64,000 bases of DNA from Eledone cirrhosa (Eukaryota). Positions 42,880-56,100 of the stretch are shown piece by piece (the first letter of the stretch is position 1; each line of letters begins with the position of its first letter). The notes beneath the pieces are model-generated. The model did not search any database. It was not told the DNA's origin and was given only the letters and a program-made list of their open reading frames with translations. The DNA lies in NCBI GenBank assembly GCA_964016885.1, contig OZ024743.1, positions 97,154,001 through 97,218,000 of the forward strand, in the 5' to 3' direction. A program made the position numbers and the translations under genes.

Positions 42880-43603
42880 AACCCAACCACGGATTACACA
42901 CATAGGACATCGCTCCCTCGAATCAACTCCATCACAAGGAAAATATCCGGCGCCCACCACATCCTCTACGGAACTACCTTAGGAACTTACCCACGGACAT
43001 ACACTCACAAAAATCTTTTTTCCCACACGCCACCTACATCCACAATACGTATAAACACCACACACACGTGCGTACCACCACATATTTACACACTCAGCCT
43101 CAGGAATCCTCTCTCCCCTCCCCCACCCCTCTGACCCTTCCCCGTCTACACACACCGACCTACACCCCACCCCCCACACACCTTTTCCTGAACATGGAAC
43201 CCCGTTCTTCCCCCAACTCTCACACTCACATACACACACACACACACACGTACAACTACACACACACACACCACCTTCAGCCCTCCCCACTCGGACACCC
43301 CGCCTCCCTCCCCCCGCTCCACCCGCCGCCACCACTCCTACATGCCCCACACCCTCCGCCACTTGTTTATCTTCATGTTTATTTTTATTTTTATTATGTT
43401 TTTATATTTATTTTCATTTGTACCGTTTCCTCTCACCCCCTTTTGTCTAAATGTCTCTCCCCCACTCCCCTACACACCCTTGGAACTCTCTTCCCACACA
43501 CTTTTCGCCTGAAGAAGGGCTTATGCCCGAAACGTCGTTCCCCACCACCACCCCACTCTCAAGAGCGTGAAACTAATAAACCTTTGTTCGTACTGCCTCT
43601 CTG
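42880..43603 (+). mobile_element. Probable Penelope-like 3' end with pLTR and hammerhead
   Basis: RKISGAHHI resembles a GIY-YIG C-terminus; C-rich UTR; CTGAAGA-A-GGGC(TTAT)GCCC-GAAAC-GTC at 43509-43536, then AATAAA. Confidence 0.6.
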
Positions 43604-46600
43604 TATATATATATATATCTGTGTGTGTGCGTGTATGTATGTATGTTTGCCTGTTTCCTTGACTACCACTACCAACAATCCTAAAATCGATCGATAACGT
43701 CCACGAAGAGATTAGAACGTAGAATGTTTGAACTGTGTTTCTTGAATAGTGTCGCTTAATTAAATATAATGTCATCGTTGTTGTTGTTGTTGTTGTTGTT
43801 GCTGCTAATGCTGCTGTAGTTGTTGTCGCTATTAATGGTGCTGTTGTTTTGTTGTTAATATACAGCAAATACTGTCTGTAAAGAGATTTCCTTTTTGTTT
43901 GTGTTTTCCGAAGTTACAGTTGAACACAGATTCTGTTATTATTTATATTTTAGTTTTTACACAGCTATACTGTGACGTCACTGGTTTCTTTTATTGAACC
44001 TAAGTCCCTGTTAAATGATTGGCAGGATTCTTCAGAGCATCAACAATACAATACTTCATTGCACTTTTACAATCAGTTAGCGACTAAGTCAAAACGATCT
44101 TTTGGTATTTTTTCCGGTACTTTGCGTTTTGAGCTCCTATCCCGTCGGAGTCAACTTTCCAGCTTTCGGTGTCGATAAAATAAATTAACAGTTCAAAGCG
44201 GTGGATTAGCAGAATTTAACAGACCGTCAAAAAGTGGAAATGTTCATCGCCATTTTATGAAGCCGTTAGTGTGAAGGATAAAATGGATGTGCATTTACCT
44301 ATACACTATGTGTAGAAATTCTACCGAGGACAACTTTTCCTGTCATCCGTTCGGTGTCAATAAAGCAACATATCTGTTTATGATGGTGGATTGGCGGTGT
44401 GTCGGACGATATGTGGCCCCTAGTTTGTTTTCTTTCTTTAAGTTCTGATTTGCTTTTAAAATCCGCCGTGGTATACTTGGGTAGTAGATTTCATTTGCCG
44501 ACTGGTTTAACATCATGACCTTGCTCTTTGATGCCTTTAGCGTAACATTTAGACTAGGCATCTAATTTGAACATTTCTATTTCTCCCAGTCTCACAGGCA
44601 CTGGAAATTCTCTTGGGCGCTGTCCTTCCATTTCTGACTAAATTCTAAAAAAGGAAAATATGTATTATATTGGAATGGAAAAGTAGATGTGTCACGCGAA
44701 TAAAAATGATTGGCAATGAACTGACATTTGTAAGAATAATATTCATAAATAAAATTGGTTTAAACATGGCTCGACATCTCAGTTCTGGAACGTACTGCTA
44801 TCCACGTTTAGAGTCTTTGATATATATAGATCAGTTCCATGACTCTTATCGTCACCTATTTACCATCAGACGCTCATATTAAATCAGTAAACAGCTTTGT
44901 CATACTGGAAATGACTTTGACAATGTTTTTCTGTCTAATAATTTTCCTAATGCTGCCACACGCAGAGTAAAATTATATATTTTAACTAAAGTATATCGTG
45001 TTCGTAAGTAAAATAATTCGGTTCAGTGTTGTCCGTCTAATTATTCTAAATTTGTCGTAGTGTAATACTGGTTGCTTGTGTTTGTTTGGTTATTCAACTC
45101 CTTACTTGTTGGTTTTATTTATGAAGTTAAGCTTTGTCTTGACTTCTATAATGCCAGTAGAACAGATTTGAAGATAATTTTACGGCAGTAAAAATATATA
45201 TTAAAATAGCATGAATCATTAAATACATAATATATAAGCATCATGAAAAGAAGCCTAATATTTTATTATTTTCTAACCCAGGGAACAGATGACAAGAGAA
45301 ATTAGCCGAGGAAAACAGCTGACTGGAATTAAATAAATCCATTGTGTAGACACAGCATTTTCAGATTTTGATGACTGAAAAATATTTCAATATGTTGTGA
45401 AAGAAGAGATTAGTATGTGAGTGTTGTGTGTATGGGGTGGGGGTAGGGGTCTTGTTAATCTTAATGTTGAAACTTCACAACAGCGACAGACGTTCATGAG
45501 AGAAAAATTGTTGAAAACAGTATTTTGATTTGTTTCAGAAGATTGTAGAGAAATGACAGATTATATTCACTAATATTTCATAGCAGGCTAGAAACGTTAC
45601 TTTTTCTTTAATTCTAGAGATATGAAGTCACTCATTTATAGATTATTACAAAGAATTTGTATATATGTATAATATGTTCCCAACAATTAACTTTTATCTT
45701 ATTTTACTATTTTTGGCTAAACTGTATTTATTAACTACACATCCATCAAATAATCTATTCACACTAAACCTCCCCCACCACCAAAAAAAACGATATATTA
45801 TCGCTGTTATTGATTTGTACTAAAGCACAAAGCTATCAATACAAAAGGTAACAGAATGAAATAGCGTGACTTTCATGTACTTCTGAAGTATATAAGCCAT
45901 AGTGTCTAAATATACTGATCTAGGATCGAAACTGTGCCGCACACGGGAATCTTTGGGAGCTTAAAGTTTTCTTTACAAAATTTACTACAGAAATGTCTGG
46001 CAGCAACATGATTTTGAACACATATTTTCTATTATAGTCACGGTTTTACCAATACTTTAAGCTTCAAATTTGGTATTGTGCTTAAGTCCGTGGTACATAC
46101 ATTAATGTGTGTCTATGTGTGTATGTGTACAATATGTCATGTTGGTCTTTGGGTACACTGGTGTCTTTGGGTACACTTGTATTTATACCAGTGAAGGGAA
46201 ATAACTCTCTAAAATGATGTAACAATCTCTAGTCGATAAATAGTGATCGATAAAATTAGTACTAGATTAAGTAGTAGAACGCTTGAAAATGGTCCCCCAG
46301 TATAATCGTAGTCCAACGAGTAAACCATGAAAAAAAAGACTAATTCATTTAGTTAGGAAAGACCACTCTATATATTAATAGTGGAGAAAACTGGATTTTA
46401 TAGCAGTGTTCAAGGTTGATGCGTCATCCACATCGTACGTGCTGAAAGAGAATTTCAAACCGAATAATAGTCTGTATTGAAAGTTAGTGGATTACTTGCT
46501 TTCTGGCATTCGTAACAATTGTTTAGCTCATATTACGAACAATCGAAATAAAGAGTTGAAGTGTATGTTTCTCCATCGATTTCAACGATAAGTATTCCAA

Positions 46601-46790
46601 TTGCTTGGTCAACAAAACAGTTTGCTCGGGAAATTAACGAGCAAGTGACTAGACATTCCATAGATACGTACACCATTAGCATAATTATCCAGGACATATA
46701 ACATGAAAGTGTGTGCGACAGGGCTGTCCATTTTAATTTCAGATACAATCCATATAACGATCTTCTAAACACTTTTCCTCTATTCATTTT

Positions 46791-46984
46791 CAGACCTGCC
46801 AACCTCTAAAAACCCCAATAGAAAATACCATGATAAAAAGTGCCCAAATCAGGGAAAAATGAGGCAAAATGGGGAGATTTTACATAATGAAAGCTATACC
46901 CATTTTTACAAGCGAAGACATCTCTCACACACCCCAGAGTGGGTGGGAGATAACCCCGACGGACGGGGAGAGTTGACAGGTCTG
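46791..46984. mobile_element. About 195-bp MITE (hAT-like termini)
   Basis: TIR CAGACCTGCCAAC / GTTGACAGGTCTG. A second, inverted diverged copy is at 56959-57152. TSD not clear. Confidence 0.7.
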
Positions 46985-49900
46985 CAATTTCACTCAAAAA
47001 TCTTGGGTCGAAACGAGGCTATGTTAAATGGCACTTGCTCAAGATGCCACTCTGTAGCATCAAACCCGTGATATAATGTTTGAGAAGCAAACTTTCTACC
47101 ATTCAGCCATGCTTGTGCGGACTTGAAATATAAAAGGCACTCTGTACATAGCTCGTAGTTTCGATCACTAACGGATAACGAATATCCTAATGTAGATAAT
47201 ATCCTAATGTAGGTAATATCCTAATGTAGGTAATTAGTTGAACACTTTGCTTGTTAAGCGACAGCAAATCCTTGATCGGGTATTTGTGTACGGTATTTGT
47301 GTCGAGTATTTGTGTTACGTTGAATATTAAGCAAATGCTATCCACAGTGAAGGTATATAACTAATTTCTATGATTGTTGTAGTTAACTAAACTTCTATTT
47401 AATTGTTGTGCCAGATATATACTGCTTCAGAAGATTGTTGAAGGCAACGGGTTCCAATTATGTCATTAGAACCAATCTGACCAAAAACATTCAGGTTAAG
47501 ATGAAAATTCGTTCAAAATATAGTATCTAATGAATTTATGATTTGTTCAAATAGACGAGTGGTTCCCCAAGAGTGGTACAAAGTGCGCCAGCATATTTTT
47601 ACTTTATCAAAACTGCACTGTGAGTAAAAACAAATTGGGAACCACTTAAACAGACCTTATTGTGTACCTACCTACCTACCTACCTACCTACCTATCTAGC
47701 TATCTATCGATCGATCTGTCTGTATACTTGTCTGTCTGTCTGTCTATCTGTCTGTCTATCTGTCTGTCTGCCTGTCTGTCCATTCTTTCGATCTCACCAA
47801 TAATATACAAATATTCTTTTCTAGATATAAATCAAATTATATATTTAATTATTGCTATAAATAAGAGAAAATCAAACCAGCATAAATTTATGACTGTGTG
47901 TTAATACATGTTTACATCACCACTAAACTATAAATTTGCAAGAAATATCAGTATTGTTGATTGAATCCACCCCGGCTCATAATTAATATTGACGTTATCG
48001 ATTATAGATAGATTCAAAATCAAAATCTAGTGAATGGTGCTAAATATTGAAAGGTATTTAATCCGACATTTTACCAACTTTACCCATTCTATCACTACAA
48101 TATCTTAATGTATTTTTCTTATTAAAAAGTGTTAATACTTCTAAACTAACGTAATTGAATAGAGTGATAATGAACAAAAACATCAGACGTTGAACTTCAC
48201 GCATAATGTCCTTTAACCCTTTAAATATTTAAAGGTCAACTTCTGTACATTTTCATGTTCTGAAATATATTTTGGTAAGATGAAACTGGCACTGCTTACC
48301 TCAATGCAAATTGTAGAAATAACCATCAATAAAAGATGATAGAAATCCAACGTTCGTGAATTTCACAGGATCATTGTACATGTAAGAGAAGTGAAAAGTC
48401 TTGAAAGGGAAGTTGAACTACACTCTGGATTCAGCAAGCCAAATAAATCTGAGGTCCCTTCATCTATTTCAAGTTTTTCTTTATTTTCTCAAATACATCA
48501 TTTCATAAATTGCCCATTGCAGAACTTTATTTCAACAGAATAATAATGGTTGTATATATTATATAAAACTCCCAGTTTGATTGCTTTGTGTTATACAATT
48601 TTGGAGAGTTTTGCACCATCAAAGAATAGATTGATTTAGAGCAGGAATTCCAAAAATGTTTGTACCGCCGACTCCTTCATAGAATCATTGTTCTCTCCTC
48701 ATCTACCCCAAACATATTCAAAACTAAATTAGTAAACATATTACCAAACAATATAAAATAGACAGTAGATAAACTAATTATATATGTATAAGCAAGTTTT
48801 ATTTTATCATATCTTTTGTGCATTTTTTTAAAAATACAAATGTCAGATTTTGACTTAAAGTTTGAACAAAATCCTGTGAAGTCCCGTCAACTCCTAGAGA
48901 TTGATATAGGCTACTTTTGGAACCCCTGACCTACAGGGAATTAAACATTATTACACCAAAGCGTTATAATGTTGATTGAGAAATAATTGTTTCTACTTTT
49001 GGCACAAGGCCAGCAATTAACCAGTGCATTACTGGTACTTTATTTTATCAACCCCGTAAGGATGAAAGGCAAAGTTAACCTCGGCGGGATTTGAATTCAG
49101 ACCGTAAAGGGACGTAACTATGCTGGAAAGCATGGCGTCCGACTCTCTACCGATACTGCCAATCCACCGCCCTTATTATTTCCCGTTGACTGGGAAATAA
49201 TAACAGGATACAATGCTGAAGATATCACAAACATCAATAGAATGAAAAGGCTAGCATTAGAGTCGATGGTTTATGTCACCGTTTTAGCTGTTTTTATTAT
49301 CCCACTCCAACTAACTGTAGATGGGTTCCAGATATAGATAAACCACACCTTTACAAGCAGTGAGAGCACTAAATGGATACTCTTCGTAGCCTGAAGTACT
49401 TATCACAAGTCGTTCTCTAGGCGTGAGTATTGATTAAAACATTCACACCTCCTCCACTACATCCCTATTGAAAGTAGACTTGCTATCCATGAAATGGTAT
49501 AAAGCTTCTATTCTTTTAATACTATCTGAATTCAGTCATACAATCCGATGTGCGCTGTTTATTTAGTGTATGAACGTCTTGAGCTAGTTTGGCACCTCAA
49601 CACTTCCGGATTTATCGGTTAAACTAAAACGGATACATTATACATTTTCAATTGTCTTCATTATTGAAGACAGCTATAAGATTCTAAATCAATCATGCTA
49701 ATCCAAGGCATTTATTTCTAACGTAATATATTGCTGAAAGAAAATGTTTGGATAGGAAATCATCAACAATCTTTGTGTTCTGAATGAAAACAAATCCCGC
49801 TCCTGTGAGAAATAAGGTTGTGTTAACAAACAAATAATACGAATATATACATAAATGTGTATTCTCACATTCTCTCAACACAATCATTCATATATACAAA

Positions 49901-50513
49901 TGCATTGAGATTCAGCAAACGTGAACAGAAGTCTAGAAATTTCTCTACTTTTATTAACAACCACATGCAAATATGCACATGCATATATAAATAGATAGAA
50001 AATACATCTATATACATATATATAAATACTTACTCATAGACCCACCCACTCACACGCACACACACATCAACACACCCCACACACCGACATCCAACACACC
50101 CATCGACCCCCCCCCCCTCACACACACATACGTTGATATATATAATCAAATGAATAAATAGTAGATGCGTTATAATTCAGACGTCATCGTGAGATCAAAT
50201 AGGTTTTTGTATAGATTTTATCATCAAAGTGAAAACTTTTTTCTCTCTAATACGATACCATTAAACTAGTGAAGAAATGTAATATATATCCATTATCCTG
50301 TAATAACCAATCATAATATTTTTTTATCTTTTACCAATATATTATGTTAGACACGTGTGGGTAGTTTCCGGATTTGTTCTTGTAATGCGTAATGAGTCAT
50401 ATACAGCATCAATTATATTAGTTAATATAAATTTACTCTATGATTGATGTTGTATGATTCAGTAGAACTATAAGGCTTGAGAGATTCTTAGTTAAACCTC
50501 ATTTGGTACTTAA

Positions 50514-50744
50514 CCCTTTCATAATCATATATTTAATGAAATCCAATGTATTTCAATTAATTGTAAAGATTTGCTAAACTTATTAATTGTATCTCTATTA
50601 TGATGGTATTTGTAACATAACTTTACAGAAGGTTCGCATATCAAATTTTTTTGGAAAGTTTTTATTTAAATAGGAACCTTTTAAAATGGATAGATTGGTT
50701 TCACAGACCCAAATGTGGTTTTGGGCGAGTTGGTATCAAAAGGG
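50514..50744. mobile_element. piggyBac-type MITE
   Basis: TTAA|CCCTTT...AAAGGG|TTAA with short imperfect TIRs. Confidence 0.6.
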
Positions 50745-51267
50745 TTAAAATTGTTGTCATTGAAAAGACGCAAATAAGATCAAGTAAAAATCAAAGAGAA
50801 TGAAAAAAGGCAAAACTAGAATTATAGCATTGATTAATTCGATATACATTTTCAATGGGATTTTAATTATTATTTATTCAGAGGAGGTGGATTGGCAGTA
50901 TCGGTAGAGGGTCGGACGCTTTGTTTTGCCATTCTGAGTTCAAATCCCGCCGAGGTTAACTTTGCCTTTCATCCTTACGGGGTCGATAAAATAAAGTACC
51001 AGTAATACAATTGCTGGCCTTGTGCCAAAAGTAGAAACAATTATTTATTCAGAGGAGGAAAGACATCACATGTGACATTTGGAGGTCCTCGTACCTTAGT
51101 GTGATCCCTGTGGTTGGTGCTCAACATATTGTTTGTTGATTAAAAACACGTCTAAAGGAAGTAATTCCTAGATAGGAATTGGTTGCGGATTTGTTAGGTT
51201 AAATGCATTAGAAAAGGTGGTTAGGAAAAAATAAGGTATTTTAACCATTTCAATACTGATTATTGAA

Positions 51268-51462
51268 ATATAATTGTTTCTACTTTTGGCACCAGGCCAG
51301 CAATTATCTCAGTGCATTACTGGTACTTTATTTTATCGACCCCGTAAGGATGAAAGGCAAAGTTAACCTCGGCGGGATTTGAACTCAGATCATAAAGGGA
51401 GGTAACTCTATGCTTCAAAGCATGGCGCCTGACCTTCTACCGATATTGCCAATCCACTGCCC
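51268..51462 (-). mobile_element. tRNA-SINE family 1, full-length with TSD
   Basis: CTGATTATTGAAATATAAT duplicated on both sides. Confidence 0.92.
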
Positions 51463-51529
51463 TGATTATTGAAATATAATACTTTACTCTACATCGTATA
51501 TAGAATATATCTTCATAAAATCGTAAACA

Positions 51530-51571
51530 TCACTGATGATGGTTTTATAAAACCTTGAAACACGTGTCTGG
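51530..51571 (+). ncRNA. Minimal type-I hammerhead ribozyme with palindromic helix III
   Basis: TCA-CTGATGA-T-GGTTT(TATA)AAACC-TT-GAAAC-ACGT-GTC-TGG. Confidence 0.75.
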
Positions 51572-51965
51572 CGTGCTCACGTGGCTACTGACACGATCAA
51601 AAGTTTAAAACATTCATAACGAAACTTATATATGTTTTGAAAACGAAGGAGATAACTGTGAACACGACATAGAAAACCGGCTAAAATAAACCTATATACA
51701 GAAAACCCGAACAACTATCGTTTAGATCAATGGTATAGATCATTTAGCCGGCATTTAAGAGGTACAGAATTCGATTTGCTGTAGCGGCTGCTGACCACTA
51801 TTTTTCGTCTATGGGTATTTTCCCCGATGTTTTAAGGTTTCTTCACAATTATTTCCTGGATTCAACCTTTCCAATGTTTTTGAACTCTGTTGTGAGAGGG
51901 TAATATGTGAGAGAGTGTGCATGCGTGAACTGTCCAATGTAGGGACGTGTATAAATATGCATATG

Positions 51966-52145
51966 AAGTTCTGGGTATACATACATATATAAGTAGAAGT
52001 AGAGAGTTCTGGGTATACATACACACACGCACAAGTAAAAGTAGAGAGTTCTGGGTATACATATATATATATAAGTAGAAATAGAGAGTTCTGGGTATAC
52101 ATACATACACAAGTAGAAGTAGAGAGTTCTGGGTATACATAAACA
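51966..52145. repeat. Minisatellite x5 with variable spacers
   Basis: AAGTAGAAGTAGAGAGTTCTGGGTATACAT separated by TA/CA-rich spacers. Confidence 0.85.
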
Positions 52146-52154
52146 AGTTGAGGC

Positions 52155-54735
52155 AGTATGGTTGTATGGTGGTATGGTGGTACGGTGGTATGGTGGTACG
52201 GTGGTATGGTGGTATGGTGGTACGGTGGTATGGTGGTATAGTGGTATGGTGGTATGGTGGTATGGTGGTATGGTGGTATGGTGGTACGGTGGTATGGTGG
52301 TATGGTGGTACGGTGGTATGGTGGTACGGTGGTATGGTGGTATTGTGGTATGGTGGTATAGTGGTATGGTGGTATGGTGGTATGGTGGTATTGTGGTATG
52401 GTGGTATGGTGGTATGGTGGTATGGTGGTATTGTGGTATGGTGGTATAGTGGTATGGTGGTATGGTGGTATGGTGGTATGGTGGTATGGTGGTATGGTGG
52501 TACGGTGGTATGGTGGTATTGTGGTATGGTGGTATAGTGGTATGGTGGTATGGTGGTATGGTGGTATGGTGGTATTGTGGTATGGTGGTATGGTGGTATG
52601 GTGGTATGGTGGTATGGTGGTATGGTGGTACGGTGGTATGGTGGTACGGTGGTATGGTGGTACGGTGGTATGGTGGTATTGTGGTATGGTGGTATGGTGG
52701 TATGGTGGTATGGTGGTATGGTGGTACGGTGGTATGGTGGTACGGTGGTATGGTGGTACGGTGGTATGGTGGTATTGTGGTATGGTGGTATGGTAGTATG
52801 GTGCTATGGTGGTACGGTGGTATGGTAGAACGGTGGTATGGTGGTATTGTGGTATGGTGGTATAGTGGTATGGTGGTATAGTGGTATGGTGGTATGGTGG
52901 TATGGTGGTATGGTGGTATTGTGGTATGGTGGTATGGTGGTATGGTGGTACGGTGGTATGGTGGTACAGTGGTATGGTGGTATTGTGGTATGGTGGTATG
53001 GTGGTATGGTGGTATGGTGGTACGGTGGTACGGTGGTATGGTGGTATGGTGGTACGGTGGTACGGTGGTACGGTGGTATAGTAGTATGGTGGTATGGTGG
53101 TATGGTGGTATGGTGGTACGGTGGTATGGTGGTATGGTGGTATGGTGGTACGGTGGTATGGTAGGATGGTGGTACGGTGGTATAGTGGTATGGTGGTATG
53201 GTGGTATGGTGGTATGGTGCTATGGTGGTACGGTGGTATGGTAGGATGGTGTTACGTTGGTATGGTGGTATGGTGGTATGGTGGTATGGTGGTATGGTGG
53301 TACGGTTGCATGGTAGGATGGTGGTACGGTGGTATGGTGGTATGGTGGTATGGTGGTATGGTGGTACGGTGTATGGTGGTATGGTGGTACGGTAGTATGG
53401 TGGTATGGGGGTAAGGTGGTATGGTGGTATAGTGGTACGGTGGTACGGTGGTATGGTGGTATGGTGGTATGGTGGTATGGTGGTACGGTGGTATGGTGGT
53501 ACGGTGGTATGGTGGTATTGTGGTATGGTGGTATGGTAATATAGTGGTATGGTGGTATTGTGGTATGGTCTTATGGTGCTATGGTGGTATGGTGGTACGG
53601 TGGTATGGTGGTACAGTGGTATGGTGGTATTGTGGTATGGTGGTATGGTGGTACGGTGGTACGGTGGTATGGTGGTATGGTGGTACGGTGGTACGGTGGT
53701 ACGGTGGTATAGTGGTATGGTGGTATGGTGGTATGGTGGTACGGTGGTATGGTGGTATGGTGGTATGGTGGTATGGTGGTACGGTGGTATGGTGGTATGG
53801 TGGTATTGTGGTATGATGGTACGGTGGTACGGTGGTATGGTGGTATGGTGGTATGGTGGTACGGTGGTATGGTGGTACGGTGGTATGTTGGTATGGTGGT
53901 ATGGTAGGATGGTGGTACAGTGGTATGGTGGTACGGTTTTATGGTGGTATGGTGGTATGATGGTACGGTGGTATGGTGGTATGGTGCTATGGTGGTATGG
54001 TGGTATGGTGGTACGGTGGTATGGTGGTACGGTGGTATGGTGGTATTGTGGTATGGTGGTATGGTGGTATGGTGGTATGGTGGTATTGTGGTATGGTGGT
54101 ATGGTGGTATGGTGGTATGGTGGTACGGTGGTATGGTGGTACGGTGGTATGGTGGTACACTGGTATGGTGGTATTGTGGTATGGTGGTATGGTGGTACAG
54201 TGGTACGGTGGTACGGTAGTATAGTGGTACGGTGGCACGGTGGTATTGTGGTATGGTGGTATTGTGGTATGGTGGTATGGTGGTATGGTAGGATGTTGGT
54301 ACGGTGGTATGTTGGTATGGTGGTATGGTGGTATTGTGGTATTATGGTACGGTGGTACGGTGGTATGGTGGTATGGTGGTATGGTGGTACGGTGGTACGG
54401 TGGTACGGTGGTATGGTGGTATGGTGGTACGGTGGTATGGTGGTACGGTGGTATGGTGGTATGGTGGTATGGTGGTATGGTGGTATGGTAGGATGGTGGT
54501 ACGGTGGCATGGTGATACGGTTTTATGGTGGTATGGTGGTATGATGGTACGGTGGTATGGTGGTACGGTGGTATGGTAGGATGGTGGTATTGTGGTATGG
54601 TGGTATGGTGGTATGGTGGTACGGTGGTGTGGTAGGATGGTGGTACGGTGGCATGGTGGTACGATGGTATGGTGGTATGGTGGTATGGTGGTATGGTGGT
54701 ATGGTGGTACGGTGGTATGGTGGTATGGTAGTATG
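52155..54735. repeat. (GGTGGTAT)n octamer satellite, about 2.6 kb
   Basis: Roughly 320 units with recurrent variants GGTGGTAC, TGTGGTAT, AGTGGTAT and GGTAGGAT. Confidence 0.97.
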
Positions 54736-54934
54736 GAGGTGGAGGAACTGGGGCGGGATTGAGCCGGGGGTGGTGGAGTCAATGTTGGAAACATTCAACA
54801 CCGAATATGCCACTCGATCACAGACATACAGTGATAACGGCTGCTGTAGAACTTCAATTGTAATTAGGTAAGATGAAGTAACCGATGACAGTGTGGGAGA
54901 CCCTCTGACTGATAAAATGACAAGTCAGTCAATC

Positions 54935-55390
54935 ATATGGTCATGCCATCTGGCTTTTTGCCATCCCCTCGGTCCAGCCCCACCGGCTCGAGCTGGGAAA
55001 GGAAGCCTGCAGCATCCAAGTCATGCTTTATGACCTCGTTGAGGGCAGCATGGCGTGGGAAGGCCGGCACTGTGGCGACAGGAAAGCAGGTGGAGGCCGA
55101 AAGAGTCCACGGTGGATCCACAGCGACATTGGTGTGCTCGCAGATCCGGAGGCCAAGTCTCAAGGAAACTCCGATACGCAGGTAATTGTTATCCAGCTGC
55201 GTGCCAGTGGGGAAGGAAGGCAAGGCTTGGAGCCAGGCACAAATGTGGGGTTTGGAGGCCGCACGGAAACAGGCAAGGCGCTGCTGGTCGAACTGGCCCG
55301 TGAGCCTGTCTGGAGCCAGGCTGCACTGGATGGCATCCCAAATGCTTTGGGGGGACTTGAGGTCAGCAGGGGAGGAGGTGGAGGGATGTC
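54935..55390 (-). mobile_element. CRE-clade non-LTR retrotransposon C-terminal fragment
   Basis: AWLQALPS..LRIGVSLRLGLRICEH..RHAALNEVIK..LEPVGLDRGDGKKPDGMT, a CRE-type zinc knuckle plus RLE, frameshifted. Confidence 0.85.
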
Positions 55391-55587
55391 TACTGGGCTA
55401 ACAGAATCAAGCACACATGTACCCTCAATAGCCCTGGTATATGTGTGGCAGTGGTTTGTGTGAGCGTGCCCACATACGCGTGCATGCATAAGAAAGAGTA
55501 GGATTTTTAGGGTTATGTGTGTGCAGAGGTATGTGTGTGTTGGATAGTATGTAGTGGTAAATGTGTGTATTGTGTGGTGGCTGGAGT

Positions 55588-55618
<31 letters not shown>

Positions 55619-55622
55619 GTGC

Positions 55623-55689
<67 letters not shown>

Positions 55690-55739
55690 TGTGTGAGAGC
55701 AAGGATAAAGGGAGGTTATAGAAACTGTGTAGAAGGAAC

Positions 55740-56100
55740 TGGATCCATTCGAAAAAATTAGTTCCGAAGCGACAAATTAACTTCTCCTCGGCCCTGGTTG
55801 GAGGGAGTGGGGATCCGTGTTGTAAAATGAGGCCTGAGGCAGTGAGCTGTTGAGTATAGTGGTTTGGGGAAGGAAAGGGGCGAGCGACATGGGTGTCTGT
55901 GTCCAATCGTATGTCCCTCAAATCGGTCGACCAGACGGTGCCCTATTTGTGCAGCAAAGGGAACACTGGTAGAGGTGCAGGGGAAGGAGTTACGAATGCG
56001 AAAACATGGTTCATACCTGGGAGAATGGTGAGGTTTAAGATGTAGGGACAGGTATTGCAGTGAGGACAGAAGCAGGGACGGGAGCAAGGTGAATACCTAG
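55740..56100 (-). mobile_element. Decayed Penelope-like GIY-YIG endonuclease fragment (second PLE lineage)
   Basis: PC..C.HCNTCPYI..FRIRNSFPCTS..IGHRLVDRF..RDIRLDTDTHVARPF..NH..AEEKLICRFGT across frameshifts. Confidence 0.7.

Noticed and set aside
48297-48700. Minus-strand segment resembling a FERM/RA fragment (DVFEKIKKKLEIDEGTSDLFGLL) ending at a GTAAG donor
   Set aside because: In-frame stops on both sides in every frame, and the similarity is too short to support.
51966-52145. CRISPR-like repeat-spacer appearance (also 6215-6690 and 58225-58600)
   Set aside because: Spacers are microsatellite slippage or absent, there are no cas genes, and the context is eukaryotic.
52804-54510. 568-aa PYHHTTIP-repeat ORF and overlapping WWYGG ORFs
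   Set aside because: Translation artefacts of an 8-bp satellite that is open in many frames on both strands.
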